Positions 19,033 to 28,656 of a stretch of DNA of 49,909 nucleotides are shown here, in pieces (position 1 is the stretch's first letter; each line of letters opens with the position of its first letter). Source of the stretch: Promethearchaeia archaeon (lineage in GTDB: Archaea; Asgardarchaeota; Lokiarchaeia; Sigyniarchaeales; SOKP01); the NCBI GenBank assembly GCA_029856125.1, contig JAHQWJ010000027.1:1-49909 (forward strand), written 5' to 3'. The notes beneath the pieces were generated by a model. That model did no database searches. It was given only the letters and a program-made list of their open reading frames with translations, and was not told the DNA's origin. A program made the translations under genes and the position numbers.

Positions 19033-20715
19033 TTAAACTCCTTTAATCATACTAGAGATTTCATACTTAATTTTAATATCTATTACCGCAGGTTTTTCCG
19101 AATTTTTTGCGCGCTCTAAAGCAGGAAAAATTTCGTTAGGATCTACAACTTCCTCACCATAGCATCCAAAAGATTCAGCTATTTTTCCAAAATTGCAATA
19201 AGGCAAGTCTACGTCAATAAAACGACTATCAAAATCTACAACTTGACAACTCTTAATCATTCCCCAGGCAGAATTGTTCCCAATTATAAAGATTAGATTT
19301 TTCAATCCTAATCTAACTGCTGTTTCTAAATCTTGGATGTTCATCATGAAGCTCCCATCTCCACAGATAGCAATGACTTGTTTATCAGGTTTTCCTAATT
19401 TTGCCCCAATTCCGTAGCCTACGGATACACCAAGGTGTCCCATCCCAATTGCTTGAAGGTATGATAAGGGCTTCCGATCCTTATATAAGTTTATAGATTC
19501 TAATGCAAAAACAGTAAGGTCTCCTCCATCGGTGATTAAAATAGCATCCTCATCCATAAACTCATAAATTTCTTTAACCATTCTTACAGGATTAATCGGA
19601 ATTTCATCCTTGTTAGCTTTTCTTATAGAAGCTGCTTGATTTTTTTTTTTATTGGCAGCCAGAGTTTCCAACCAATCTCTTTTTTCAACTCGATTACTTT
19701 TTTTTAATTCTGCAAGTAATTGAGTTAAGTATTGTTTGCAATCAGCTACAATACCTAACGTTATTGGTTTTGATCTTCCAATTATGGATGGATCTATGTC
19801 AACATGTATTAATTTCTGTGAGTCCTTCCAAGCTGGTGGTTTTCCGAGCGCTAAGGTAAATGAAAATTTAACACCAAGGGCTAATACTACATCTGCTCCT
19901 GTTGAAGCTTGGGCTGAAGACAAACTTAAACCCCCAAGAGAACATTTAGAATTATTTGAAAGAGATCCTATTCCTCCAAGACTTGTAATAACAGGTATTT
20001 GTAAGTATTCAGCAAGCTCTTTTAACTCGTTCCATGCTTCAGCTCTTAAAACTCCGCCACCAGATACGATTAATGGTTTTTTGGCTGATAGTAGTAGTTC
20101 TAGAGATTCTTTTATTAAAGAAATATCTACAGCAGGTTTCTTTATTGCTCGATATTGATTAGAAGGCAAGATAGAAATTTGATCTTCTTCAATGGTATCA
20201 TAAAATGCATCCGAAAATATCTCCAAAACCACAGGTTGTGGTCGTCCACTGCTTACTTCTCGAAATATTTTATGTACAGCGTCTGGAATTTCTTCTATTC
20301 TTCTAATCGACTTTTGGTACTTTGTAATTGGTTTGAACAATGCAATTTGATCTAAATTACCTTGTAGTATGAAGGAATCTTCATGTTGAATGTTTACCTG
20401 TGGAATTATAGCAACTACAGGAACATTATCACTCCATGCAGTGCCTACTCCAGGTAAAAGATGTAAAGCTCCTGGTCCAACAGTCCCAAAACATACTCCA
20501 GGAGTATTAGTAACCCGGGCATAAGCATCAGCTGCATGGGCTGCGACTTGTTCATGACGAAATAGTACCGTATTAATTCCTTTTTCTCTACCCCATTGAT
20601 AAATAGCATCATACATTGGGAGGAGTTGACCACCAGGAATCCCAAACAAGTATTTTACCTTCTCTTCGAGGAGACACTTAATTAATATATCTCCACCATT
20701 TAATTTATTAGACAT
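19033..20715 (-). CDS. Thiamine-diphosphate-dependent enzyme (acetolactate synthase/lyase-like)
   Basis: RHE catalytic Glu, GPG, GDGS...NN ThDP-binding motif. Confidence 0.92.
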   Translation of the reverse strand: MSNKLNGGDILIKCLLEEKVKYLFGIPGGQLLPMYDAIYQWGREKGINTVLFRHEQVAAHAADAYARVTNTPGVCFGTVGPGALHLLPGVGTAWSDNVPVVAIIPQVNIQHEDSFILQGNLDQIALFKPITKYQKSIRRIEEIPDAVHKIFREVSSGRPQPVVLEIFSDAFYDTIEEDQISILPSNQYRAIKKPAVDISLIKESLELLLSAKKPLIVSGGGVLRAEAWNELKELAEYLQIPVITSLGGIGSLSNNSKCSLGGLSLSSAQASTGADVVLALGVKFSFTLALGKPPAWKDSQKLIHVDIDPSIIGRSKPITLGIVADCKQYLTQLLAELKKSNRVEKRDWLETLAANKKKNQAASIRKANKDEIPINPVRMVKEIYEFMDEDAILITDGGDLTVFALESINLYKDRKPLSYLQAIGMGHLGVSVGYGIGAKLGKPDKQVIAICGDGSFMMNIQDLETAVRLGLKNLIFIIGNNSAWGMIKSCQVVDFDSRFIDVDLPYCNFGKIAESFGCYGEEVVDPNEIFPALERAKNSEKPAVIDIKIKYEISSMIKGV

Positions 20716-20734
20716 TGAGTTTTTAAATGGAAAA

Positions 20735-20745
20735 TGTATATTTAA
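20735..20745 (-). promoter_or_regulatory. TATA box (TTAAATATACA) 20-30 nt upstream of the ThDP-enzyme ATG, consistent with a leaderless transcript
   Basis: Motif and spacing to the start codon at 20715; no SD seen. Confidence 0.55.
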
Positions 20746-20906
20746 CTTTGAGTTTTGATTTGTGTTGAATTTTATTATTAATTAGAGTAGGAACACATAT
20801 TATAAATCTTCAAAGCAATAAAATAACTATTAAATTTTAAAAAATTATATTCATTTATAAATTCTAATTTAAGAATTAATTTTTATGTAATAGAAGAGGA
20901 TTATCT

Positions 20907-21818
20907 ATGGAATTTGGTGTCCAGATAAATAATTATTTAACTTCATGGGAAAGTATTCTTGCCACAATTAAAACTGTGGAGTCAGGACCTTGGTCCAGTC
21001 TTTGGGTCTCGGACCATTTTTTCCCTCCAGTTGGAGACAACGTAGAGCATAAAGAGGCATTAGAGGCGTGGTCACTGATTACAGCAGCAGCTACCGTCAC
21101 CAAACGCTTAAGGTTAGGTGTTCTTGTAACAGGCAATACCTACCGCAATCCAGCGTTGTTAGCGAAAATGGCGGCAACTGTGGACCAAATCTCAAACGGT
21201 CGCCTAATCCTTGGTATCGGAGCAGGTTGGTATGAACGAGAGCACGAGGCGTTCGGTTGGAAGTTTCCAAGTACTAAGGAGAGAAGCGATCGTCTAGAAG
21301 AGGCAGTAGAACTTATTAAACTGTTATTTACAGCTAATGGTCCTGTTAGTTATGAGGGACAGTATTACAAGCTTAAGGATGCGTATTTTTCACCTCCCTG
21401 TACGCAAAAACCTCATTTACCAATTTTAATAGGGGGTAATGGTGAGAAACGAACATTAAGAACCTTGGCAAAGTTTGGAGATATTTGTAATCTTGATTTT
21501 AACGCACCAGGATCCCCCGAAATCTTTAGACGCAAAATTGAAATACTAGAGCGCCATTGTGAAGAATTTGGGCGCGATCCTAATGAAATAAAGAAGACTT
21601 TACATATGCCCATTCATCTAGAAAATGATGAAAAAAAAGCTATAAAATACCGTAAAATACGCGGGGAATGGACGTTAACAGGTTCTGCTTCTTTTATAAT
21701 TAATCGCATCCAAGAATATTTGGATGTTGGTGTGGAAGAATTCATGTTTGGGAGCGTTCCATCCAAAGCAGAACTATATGAGCGACTAAATAATGAAATA
21801 CTCTCAGCATTTTTCTAA
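20907..21818 (+). CDS. LLM-class F420-dependent oxidoreductase
   Basis: SDH, RLGVLVTGNTYRNPALLAKMAATVDQISNGRLILGIGAGW, GGNGEKRTL; GAGG SD upstream. Confidence 0.92.
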   Translation: MEFGVQINNYLTSWESILATIKTVESGPWSSLWVSDHFFPPVGDNVEHKEALEAWSLITAAATVTKRLRLGVLVTGNTYRNPALLAKMAATVDQISNGRLILGIGAGWYEREHEAFGWKFPSTKERSDRLEEAVELIKLLFTANGPVSYEGQYYKLKDAYFSPPCTQKPHLPILIGGNGEKRTLRTLAKFGDICNLDFNAPGSPEIFRRKIEILERHCEEFGRDPNEIKKTLHMPIHLENDEKKAIKYRKIRGEWTLTGSASFIINRIQEYLDVGVEEFMFGSVPSKAELYERLNNEILSAFF

Positions 21819-21856
21819 AGCTAAATAAAGAAATTTATTTTCAAACTTAATTGAAA

Positions 21857-24328
21857 TTAATATGAACCATGTACCGTTCGATCGATGATACTATCTTGAA
21901 CTAACTCAGGCAACTCAACAAATCGAGCGACATACCCAGCAACTCTCACCATTAAGTCCTTGTATTTTTCAGGCTCTTTCTGAGCAGCCTTTAACGTATC
22001 TGATGAAATCACATTAAACTGGATGTGATGTATTTTCTGGTCGACAAAAACTCTTATTAGATCAGCAAACCTTTTGAAGCCATAATCTTCCTTGAACATC
22101 ACTGGATCTAGTCTCATATTGCAGGAAATTCCTGCGAAAACCTCGGCGTGGTTGATCTTACCTACTGACTTGAAAACCGCAGTGGGACCACTAACAGCGC
22201 TACCTTTAGTGGGCGCGAGTGAATCTGCGAGCGGTTTCGCATTTAATCTTCCAGAAGGGAGCGCTCCCACGGCCTCACCAGCCCTGACGTAGCTACTTAA
22301 AGGTATATGAACCGGGATTTTATGACCACCACGCGTATTTTTTTGTTTTATTGCTTCTTGAGCGAAAGTGTGCATTACCCACGCTGTTTGTTCATCGGCA
22401 TAGTCGTTGTCATTTCCAAACTTAGGGACCTTTAACAACATTTGGCGTAGATCGTCGTACCCTTCGAAATTCTTCTCCAAAGCGTCGCACAGCTGATCGA
22501 TAGTAATCTTTTTTTCTTCAAACACAAGCTTCTTTATGGCGGTCAGGGAATCACCAACATCAGTAACACCAACGCATGATACGAACGGCCCAAAATTAAA
22601 ACGAGCTCCACCTTCTTCTCTACATAACCCTTTTTCAATGCAGTCCTCTATGAGCGATGATTGATATATAGTTGGATCGTATTCAGCCAGAAGCCTCTCA
22701 CCGATATTCGTGGCAATTGTCTCCATTTCGAATCCCCATACAAGTTGTTTTCTAAACGCTTCTAGTAATTCTTCAAAGGATTCGAATTCCCGAGGATCCC
22801 CTGTTTTAGGCGCTGTTATTCCTTCGAGCCAGCCCCTCCTGCCATTTGTCAACACCGATATTAAGACTCCTGGAAGTATTGGGATGTAAACGGAGGTGCA
22901 ATATCCAGATTCCATACCAGCTAAAGTTGGCTCAGCGCACCCCATTGCACTAGCCTTTCTGGCTATCTCCAGTGTTATTGGTTTCTCTCCACCTAATGTC
23001 CCTCGGCCAAGGAGATTAACAATAAAGTTATCATGATTGAGAAATTCAGGATGACCCGTTCCAAGTGCACAAAGCTGACAAGCCTTAATGAGGAGATCTT
23101 CAGGTGTTCTACTGTGAAGCAAGATACCTACATCAGGTTCTACTAATCTGGTATGCATCATACCTTCGAGAATCATGTATGACAGTTCATTAGTAGCATC
23201 AGTTCCATCTGCTCTGAGACCCCCTACATCAACATGCTGTGCAATTCCGGCAGTATCCGTTAGAAGATAACCTTTTTTGGAGTTTAAACTATAAAGAAAC
23301 CATGAAGGTCTTAGAAGGAAGCAATCAATAAGTTCCTGTACCTCATTTTTGGTAATTCTCCCCTCTCTTATATCGGCTTCATAGTAAGGATACAGATACT
23401 GATCCATTCTTCCAGGACTGATGGATGCAACATCGCGGATTTCCCACCAATGAAGGATATGTGAAAACCAGATTGATTGTATCGCTTCGTAGAATGTTCT
23501 CGCGGGATTTGCGGGTACCCAATCGCACACTTCAGCTATTTTGAGTAATTCAGCCTTCCTTTTGGTATCTACTTCCTTTTCGGCTAATTCTCTTGCCCTA
23601 GTAGCAAAACGCTTACCGATGGAAGCTGCGGCTTCCATAACCATAATCACACCTTCAAGGAATGGAATTTTTTTAACCTCTTCAGGATTGGTGCTATCGA
23701 TCCTTCCCAGTCTTTCCTCAGCATCCTTCTTTATTCCCAAAAATCCCTTTTTCAATACTTTTTCATTATTGGGAATGAAGTGACCAATATGCCAATATGC
23801 CATCGTTCTACTCTCATTATACCACCTTTCAGGAGTAAATCCCTCAGGAACTGGCTTGTAATGAGCAGGATCATGGCGCGTTCTTTCCCAATTGCCTTGC
23901 CCCTTCCAGTAGGGAATAATTTCCTCTTTTAATTCTCGCATCTGTTCTGGGGTAATTAAAACTGGATTACGTTCTCGACTACTAATAACATCGAGATAAT
24001 TTTCTAGATTAGGGTCACTTCTCACAGGAAGTGGGCAGTTGTTTGGTATAGGATCATACCAACCTACTAAAAGCTCATCTGGAAAGATGTCGATGGGTAA
24101 CTCTCTAACTATGGTTTGAAAGAGCTTCGCTTTGCGGGTTACCATTGGTTCTCCTTCTGTTTCCTTCATAACCCTTACTTCAATGCGATCTCTATCAATT
24201 GAGTAAACGAGTTTGCGGTTGATATAGCGTTGCCTATGTCTCTCAATTCTTTGAGTTGGTTGTACAGTCAACACCCTTTCTAACAAGGTTTTTGTTTTTT
24301 CTGCTGCTTTTTCTACACTCTGCACCAT
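21857..24328 (-). CDS. Glycyl radical enzyme (PFL2/eliminase-like clade), substrate unknown
   Basis: C-terminal RVAGY glycyl-radical motif, Cys loop MGCAEP, SPGRMDQYL, PKFGND; 823 aa. Confidence 0.93.
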   Translation of the reverse strand: MVQSVEKAAEKTKTLLERVLTVQPTQRIERHRQRYINRKLVYSIDRDRIEVRVMKETEGEPMVTRKAKLFQTIVRELPIDIFPDELLVGWYDPIPNNCPLPVRSDPNLENYLDVISSRERNPVLITPEQMRELKEEIIPYWKGQGNWERTRHDPAHYKPVPEGFTPERWYNESRTMAYWHIGHFIPNNEKVLKKGFLGIKKDAEERLGRIDSTNPEEVKKIPFLEGVIMVMEAAASIGKRFATRARELAEKEVDTKRKAELLKIAEVCDWVPANPARTFYEAIQSIWFSHILHWWEIRDVASISPGRMDQYLYPYYEADIREGRITKNEVQELIDCFLLRPSWFLYSLNSKKGYLLTDTAGIAQHVDVGGLRADGTDATNELSYMILEGMMHTRLVEPDVGILLHSRTPEDLLIKACQLCALGTGHPEFLNHDNFIVNLLGRGTLGGEKPITLEIARKASAMGCAEPTLAGMESGYCTSVYIPILPGVLISVLTNGRRGWLEGITAPKTGDPREFESFEELLEAFRKQLVWGFEMETIATNIGERLLAEYDPTIYQSSLIEDCIEKGLCREEGGARFNFGPFVSCVGVTDVGDSLTAIKKLVFEEKKITIDQLCDALEKNFEGYDDLRQMLLKVPKFGNDNDYADEQTAWVMHTFAQEAIKQKNTRGGHKIPVHIPLSSYVRAGEAVGALPSGRLNAKPLADSLAPTKGSAVSGPTAVFKSVGKINHAEVFAGISCNMRLDPVMFKEDYGFKRFADLIRVFVDQKIHHIQFNVISSDTLKAAQKEPEKYKDLMVRVAGYVARFVELPELVQDSIIDRTVHGSY

Positions 24329-24577
24329 TTATAAGACCTTTTTCAAAATTTAATATGATGTAAAAAATTCTATTGTAGATATATATATCTAAGGAATAAA
24401 AATTTTTAAATGTATAGTGTATATTTTATTACGATTTCAATATATTTCATTATAATACCTATATGGAAAAACGAAAGGATTAGATACTACCACTTTTAAC
24501 TTCTGATTTGAAAGATTATAAATAAAGAAACATTCATAAATACTAAATTTGTTAAAATTGCTTAGATTGAGTAAGGT

Positions 24578-26665
24578 ATGAGTACTAAAACTGTTCGAAC
24601 TATCTGTTTTGATTGTCATTCCCGTTGCGGTGTGCTTCTCGAAGTTAAAGACGGAAAAATCATTGGAGTGAAAGGAGACACGGACCATCCCATAAGTCAC
24701 GGATATATGTGTCCAAAAGGGAGGGCATGCATGGAAATTATATACCATCCTGAACGGCTCACTAAACCTTTGATAAGTGTAGGGGAACGAGGAGAAGGGA
24801 AGTTTAAGGAAGTATCTTGGGATGAAGCTCTTGATGTTATAGCTAAAAAACTTCTTAAAACGCGAGAAAAATACGGGGCTGAATCTGTCGTATTCGGTCA
24901 AGGTACAACGAGAGGTATGCCACCCTGGATTTACCGCTTTATGAGTCTATTTGGGACACCTAATTTCATGTCTGCTGGTCACATGAGTGGTGCTCCTATA
25001 GCCCTTGCAAGTTCTCTCACCGCTGGATTTGGAATACTCGATCCTGACTATGGGAATAGTAAATGCATATTGTTGTGGGCACATAATCCTGAAAAATCAT
25101 ACCCCGGAATTTATAATTATTTCCTTAGAAAAGGTTTAAAAGCAGGAGCTAAACTCATTGTAGTTGATCCTAGGGGTAATTCATATACGCGTAAAGCAGA
25201 TCACTGGCTCCCCATTAGACCAGGGACTGATGTTGCGCTAGCACTTTGTTTTATCAATGTAATTATAGAAAATGAGCTGTACGACAAGGAATTCGTGGAA
25301 AAGTGGACTGAAGGATTTGATCAGTTGAAGGATTGTGCCTCAGAATTTACCTTGGAACGAGTTGCTGAAATAACATGGCTATCACCTGAAGAGATAAAAG
25401 CAGCAGCGATCACCTATGCTACAACAGGACCTGCTGCGATGGGTCCTGGTCCTGGTGGTGCTTGCCAATCAATTAATGTTTTCGATCTCACACGCTCACT
25501 CACTATTTTAGCGGCGATTACCGGAAATTTAGACATTAAAGGAGGAAATGTAAGTCACGTACCTCCAACAAAAGCGCGGAGTTGTTATGGGGGTGATTAT
25601 CAATATGAAAACGCCTTATCACCAGAACAATCAAAGAAAAAAATAGGTCGTGATAAATTTCCAGGCTTACGTTTTACAGGAATGTCAGTCACTCCTGAAT
25701 TAGTATGGGACGCGATTCTTAAGGGAGACCCGTATCCTGTTAAAGCTATTGGATTATTCGCTACTAATCCTATGTGCGCATATGCTAATTCTAAGCATGT
25801 TAAAGAAGCTTTAAGCGCTCTAGAATTTCTATTTTCCGTGGATTATTTTCATACACCTACCACAAAAATGGCAGATGTCGTGCTTCCAGCAGCGCATTGG
25901 ACTGAAAGAGATGATATTGAAGATTTGAGCATGAAAAACCATGTTTTCTGCCAAGTAAAAGCAGTAGAACCTATCCCAGAATGTCGTTGCGAAAAAGAGA
26001 TCTTAGTTGACCTTGCTAAAAAAATGGGTCTTACAGATTATTGGCAGTCGGTCGAAGAATCTCTTAATTATCGATTGGAACCTATCGGGATGACATTTGA
26101 GGAATTTAAAAAGGTCGGAAAATATTCTCTTCCCATGAAATACAAATTGTATGAAAAAAGGGGTAGATTTAATACTCCATCGGGTAAAATCGGTTTATGT
26201 CCTAAATATTTTGAAGAATGGGATTTAGATCCTATACCTGCGTATAAAGAACCACCAGAAAGCCCTGTTAGTACCCCTGATCTATGGAAGGAATACCCTC
26301 TTGTATTAACTACAGGGAGGAGAATCTTATCCTATTATCATTCCTCACTTCGAAATATCCCCTCTCTTAGAAAGAATGCTCCAGATCCAGAACTTGAAAT
26401 ACATCCTGATACATGTAAAAATCTAGGAATAGAAGACGGAGAGTGGGTTCATTTGGTTTCACCAAGAGGTAAAGTTGAGGCTAAAGTTAAGTATTTTGAG
26501 GAGACACATCCAAAAATCGTACACACACCTCATGGGTTCTGGTATGGAAGAGAAGATGGGTGGGAAAAGTTAAACATTAATCAAATCACAGACGATGGCC
26601 CGAAGGATTCAATAACAGCTTCAGTATCAACAAAAGCTCTTTTATGTCGGGTCGAAAAAATGTAG
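24578..26665 (+). CDS. Mo/W-bisPGD oxidoreductase (DMSO reductase superfamily, acetylene-hydratase-like subfamily)
   Basis: N-terminal CxxCxxxC-x27-C [4Fe-4S] motif, IRPGTD, ADVVLPAA, C-terminal molybdopterin-binding domain; no Tat signal seen. Confidence 0.9.
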   Translation: MSTKTVRTICFDCHSRCGVLLEVKDGKIIGVKGDTDHPISHGYMCPKGRACMEIIYHPERLTKPLISVGERGEGKFKEVSWDEALDVIAKKLLKTREKYGAESVVFGQGTTRGMPPWIYRFMSLFGTPNFMSAGHMSGAPIALASSLTAGFGILDPDYGNSKCILLWAHNPEKSYPGIYNYFLRKGLKAGAKLIVVDPRGNSYTRKADHWLPIRPGTDVALALCFINVIIENELYDKEFVEKWTEGFDQLKDCASEFTLERVAEITWLSPEEIKAAAITYATTGPAAMGPGPGGACQSINVFDLTRSLTILAAITGNLDIKGGNVSHVPPTKARSCYGGDYQYENALSPEQSKKKIGRDKFPGLRFTGMSVTPELVWDAILKGDPYPVKAIGLFATNPMCAYANSKHVKEALSALEFLFSVDYFHTPTTKMADVVLPAAHWTERDDIEDLSMKNHVFCQVKAVEPIPECRCEKEILVDLAKKMGLTDYWQSVEESLNYRLEPIGMTFEEFKKVGKYSLPMKYKLYEKRGRFNTPSGKIGLCPKYFEEWDLDPIPAYKEPPESPVSTPDLWKEYPLVLTTGRRILSYYHSSLRNIPSLRKNAPDPELEIHPDTCKNLGIEDGEWVHLVSPRGKVEAKVKYFEETHPKIVHTPHGFWYGREDGWEKLNINQITDDGPKDSITASVSTKALLCRVEKM

Positions 26666-26683
26666 ATGGATTTTTAAAAGATA

Positions 26684-27589
26684 TTATCCACCAATTTGAG
26701 CCTTCATACCACAAGACTCAACAAGTTTCTTTAATTTTTTAATGTGTTCTTCGCTCGGAGGTTCGATATCCTTGAGTTCATATTCTCTACCAAGTTGCTC
26801 ATAAGTGCCGGTTCCAAACTTATGATAAGGCAAAAGATCAATTCTTAGAAGGTTTTCTCCCAATTCAGCAGCAAACTTTCCCGTTTTTAGTAAATTCTCT
26901 TCAGAATCGTTTAGTCCTGGTATTAAAGGAATGCGTATTATAATAGGTCGCATTTCAGAAGCTTTTCTAGCATTCTCTAAGATAATTTCGTTTGGAACCC
27001 CCGTAATTTCTTTGTGGATATTTGAATCCATGTGTTTAATATCGATATAGAGGAGATCTATATGTTCAAGGATTTCCTCCAAAAATTCCCATTTTACGTA
27101 ACCACAGGTTTCCATTGCTGTGTGTACGTAAGTTTCTTTACATTTCTTAAGTAGAGCTGTAACAAATTTATGTTGCATTGTAGGTTCGCCTCCCCCAATC
27201 GTGACCCCTCCGCCTGATCTTCTGTAAAAATTACTATCCTTCATTACGTCTTGGAATAATTCTTCCACCGTTCTTAGCTCTCCTACAAGTTTTAAAGCTT
27301 TGTTAGGACAGGCATCAACGCATTGACCACATGAATTGCAAAGCTTTTTGTTTATCTCTATTTCTTCCTTATCGGAGAATGTAATCGCTTTCTCTGGACA
27401 TACATCAACACAGCGCAGAGAATTTTTACAATTCGTCTTAATATAGAGTAAATCAGTTGAAAACTTCTGCGTTTGGGGCGAAGAACACCATAAACATTTA
27501 AGCGGACATCCCTTCATGTACACTAAGGTTCTTATTCCTGGACCATCATGGATAGCAAACCTCTGAATGTCGTAAACTAGTCCTTTCAT
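26684..27589 (-). CDS. Glycyl-radical enzyme activating protein (radical SAM with ferredoxin insert)
   Basis: HDGPGIRT, GCPLKCLWC, ferredoxin insert CKNSLRCVDVC / CNSCGQCVDAC, GGGEP. Confidence 0.95.
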   Translation of the reverse strand: MKGLVYDIQRFAIHDGPGIRTLVYMKGCPLKCLWCSSPQTQKFSTDLLYIKTNCKNSLRCVDVCPEKAITFSDKEEIEINKKLCNSCGQCVDACPNKALKLVGELRTVEELFQDVMKDSNFYRRSGGGVTIGGGEPTMQHKFVTALLKKCKETYVHTAMETCGYVKWEFLEEILEHIDLLYIDIKHMDSNIHKEITGVPNEIILENARKASEMRPIIIRIPLIPGLNDSEENLLKTGKFAAELGENLLRIDLLPYHKFGTGTYEQLGREYELKDIEPPSEEHIKKLKKLVESCGMKAQIGG

Positions 27590-27644
27590 CTCTCTATATC
27601 TATAACCTTTCTGTGCGAGGATTCTATCCGATTTTTAATTAAGT

Positions 27645-27658
27645 AAAAAAAAAAAAAA
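27645..27658 (-). terminator. T14 tract immediately after the LLM stop codon
   Basis: 14 consecutive A on the + strand adjoining the stop at 27661. Confidence 0.55.
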
Positions 27659-27660
27659 TG

Positions 27661-28575
27661 TTATTTGAAAGTAGACAATATTTCTACTTCTATTTGCTCA
27701 AAAAACTCTGGTTTAGACAAAACACCGCTTAAAATAATCTCTTCGGCACCAGCGTCAATAAATTGTTGAATACGGTCAATTATAAATGGTACGGTTCCAT
27801 ATAAAGCCCAATCTCCACGTCGTTCGCGAAGTGCTTCAGCTTCTTTTTCATCTTTCTCAATTCGTATTGGTATCACCATCGTCTTCTTAATATCTTTTGA
27901 ATTGCGGCCGACATCTTCACAATGCCGCTCAAGCACTTCGATTTTATGTTGAAACATTTCAGGTGTCCCGGGTTTATTAAAGTCTATATTTGCAATATCA
28001 CCGAATCGAGCGAGCGTACGTAAAGTTCTTTTCTCTCCGTTTCCACCAACCATAATTGGAAGATGCGGTTTTTGCGTACAGGGGGGAGAAAAATAGGCAT
28101 CGTGAAGTTTATAGTATTGACCATTATAATTGATCGGGCCATCCACCGTAAATAGCATTTTAATTAGCTCTACAGCTTCTTCCAGACGATCGCTTCTCTC
28201 TTTAACTCCTGGAAATTCCCAACCGAAAGCCTCGTGCTCTCGCTTATACCAACCGGCTCCGATTCCAAGAATAAGCCGACCATTCGAGATTTGGTCTACG
28301 GTTGCTGCCATCTTTGCTAACAAAGCTGGATTGCGGTAAGCGTTGCCTGTTACAAGAATACCTAATCTTACTCTTTCTGTAACAACAGCAGTTGCTGTGA
28401 TCATTGACCAGCTCTCTAACGCTTCCTTGTCCTCCCAATTAGCCTTTGGATAAGGTGGTAGGAAATGATCCGAAAAGAAGAGGCTGGACCAAGGTCCTGC
28501 ATCTATATGTTTAATCGCCGAAAGCGTTTCTTTCCAAGTAGTAAAATAATTTAATAATTGCGCTCCAAATTGCAT
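27661..28575 (-). CDS. LLM-class F420-dependent oxidoreductase (paralog of 20907-21818)
   Basis: Same motifs; long identical stretches such as YRNPALLAKMAATVDQISNGRLILGIGAGWY and DAYFSPPCTQKPHLPI. Confidence 0.92.
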   Translation of the reverse strand: MQFGAQLLNYFTTWKETLSAIKHIDAGPWSSLFFSDHFLPPYPKANWEDKEALESWSMITATAVVTERVRLGILVTGNAYRNPALLAKMAATVDQISNGRLILGIGAGWYKREHEAFGWEFPGVKERSDRLEEAVELIKMLFTVDGPINYNGQYYKLHDAYFSPPCTQKPHLPIMVGGNGEKRTLRTLARFGDIANIDFNKPGTPEMFQHKIEVLERHCEDVGRNSKDIKKTMVIPIRIEKDEKEAEALRERRGDWALYGTVPFIIDRIQQFIDAGAEEIILSGVLSKPEFFEQIEVEILSTFK

Positions 28576-28656
28576 ACAAATTCACTTTATTTTTTTATTT
28601 ATTTCTAATTGGTTTTAAATTTTAAAAAAATATTTGTTGATTTGATTATTACATTT

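Noticed and set aside
19640-19650. A11 run in the ThDP-enzyme coding strand as a programmed frameshift or phase-variation site
   Set aside because: The frame is intact (NKKKN) and such runs are expected at this AT content
21857-24328. Pyruvate formate-lyase or alkyl/benzylsuccinate synthase
   Set aside because: No CC pair, the Cys loop retains Glu (GCAEP), and there are no small-subunit genes
24437-24901. 154-aa minus-strand ORF
   Set aside because: Antisense shadow of the Mo/W enzyme 5' end and its promoter; no motifs
24578-26665. Selenocysteine-containing formate dehydrogenase
   Set aside because: No in-frame TGA and no FDH (C/U)H ligand motif
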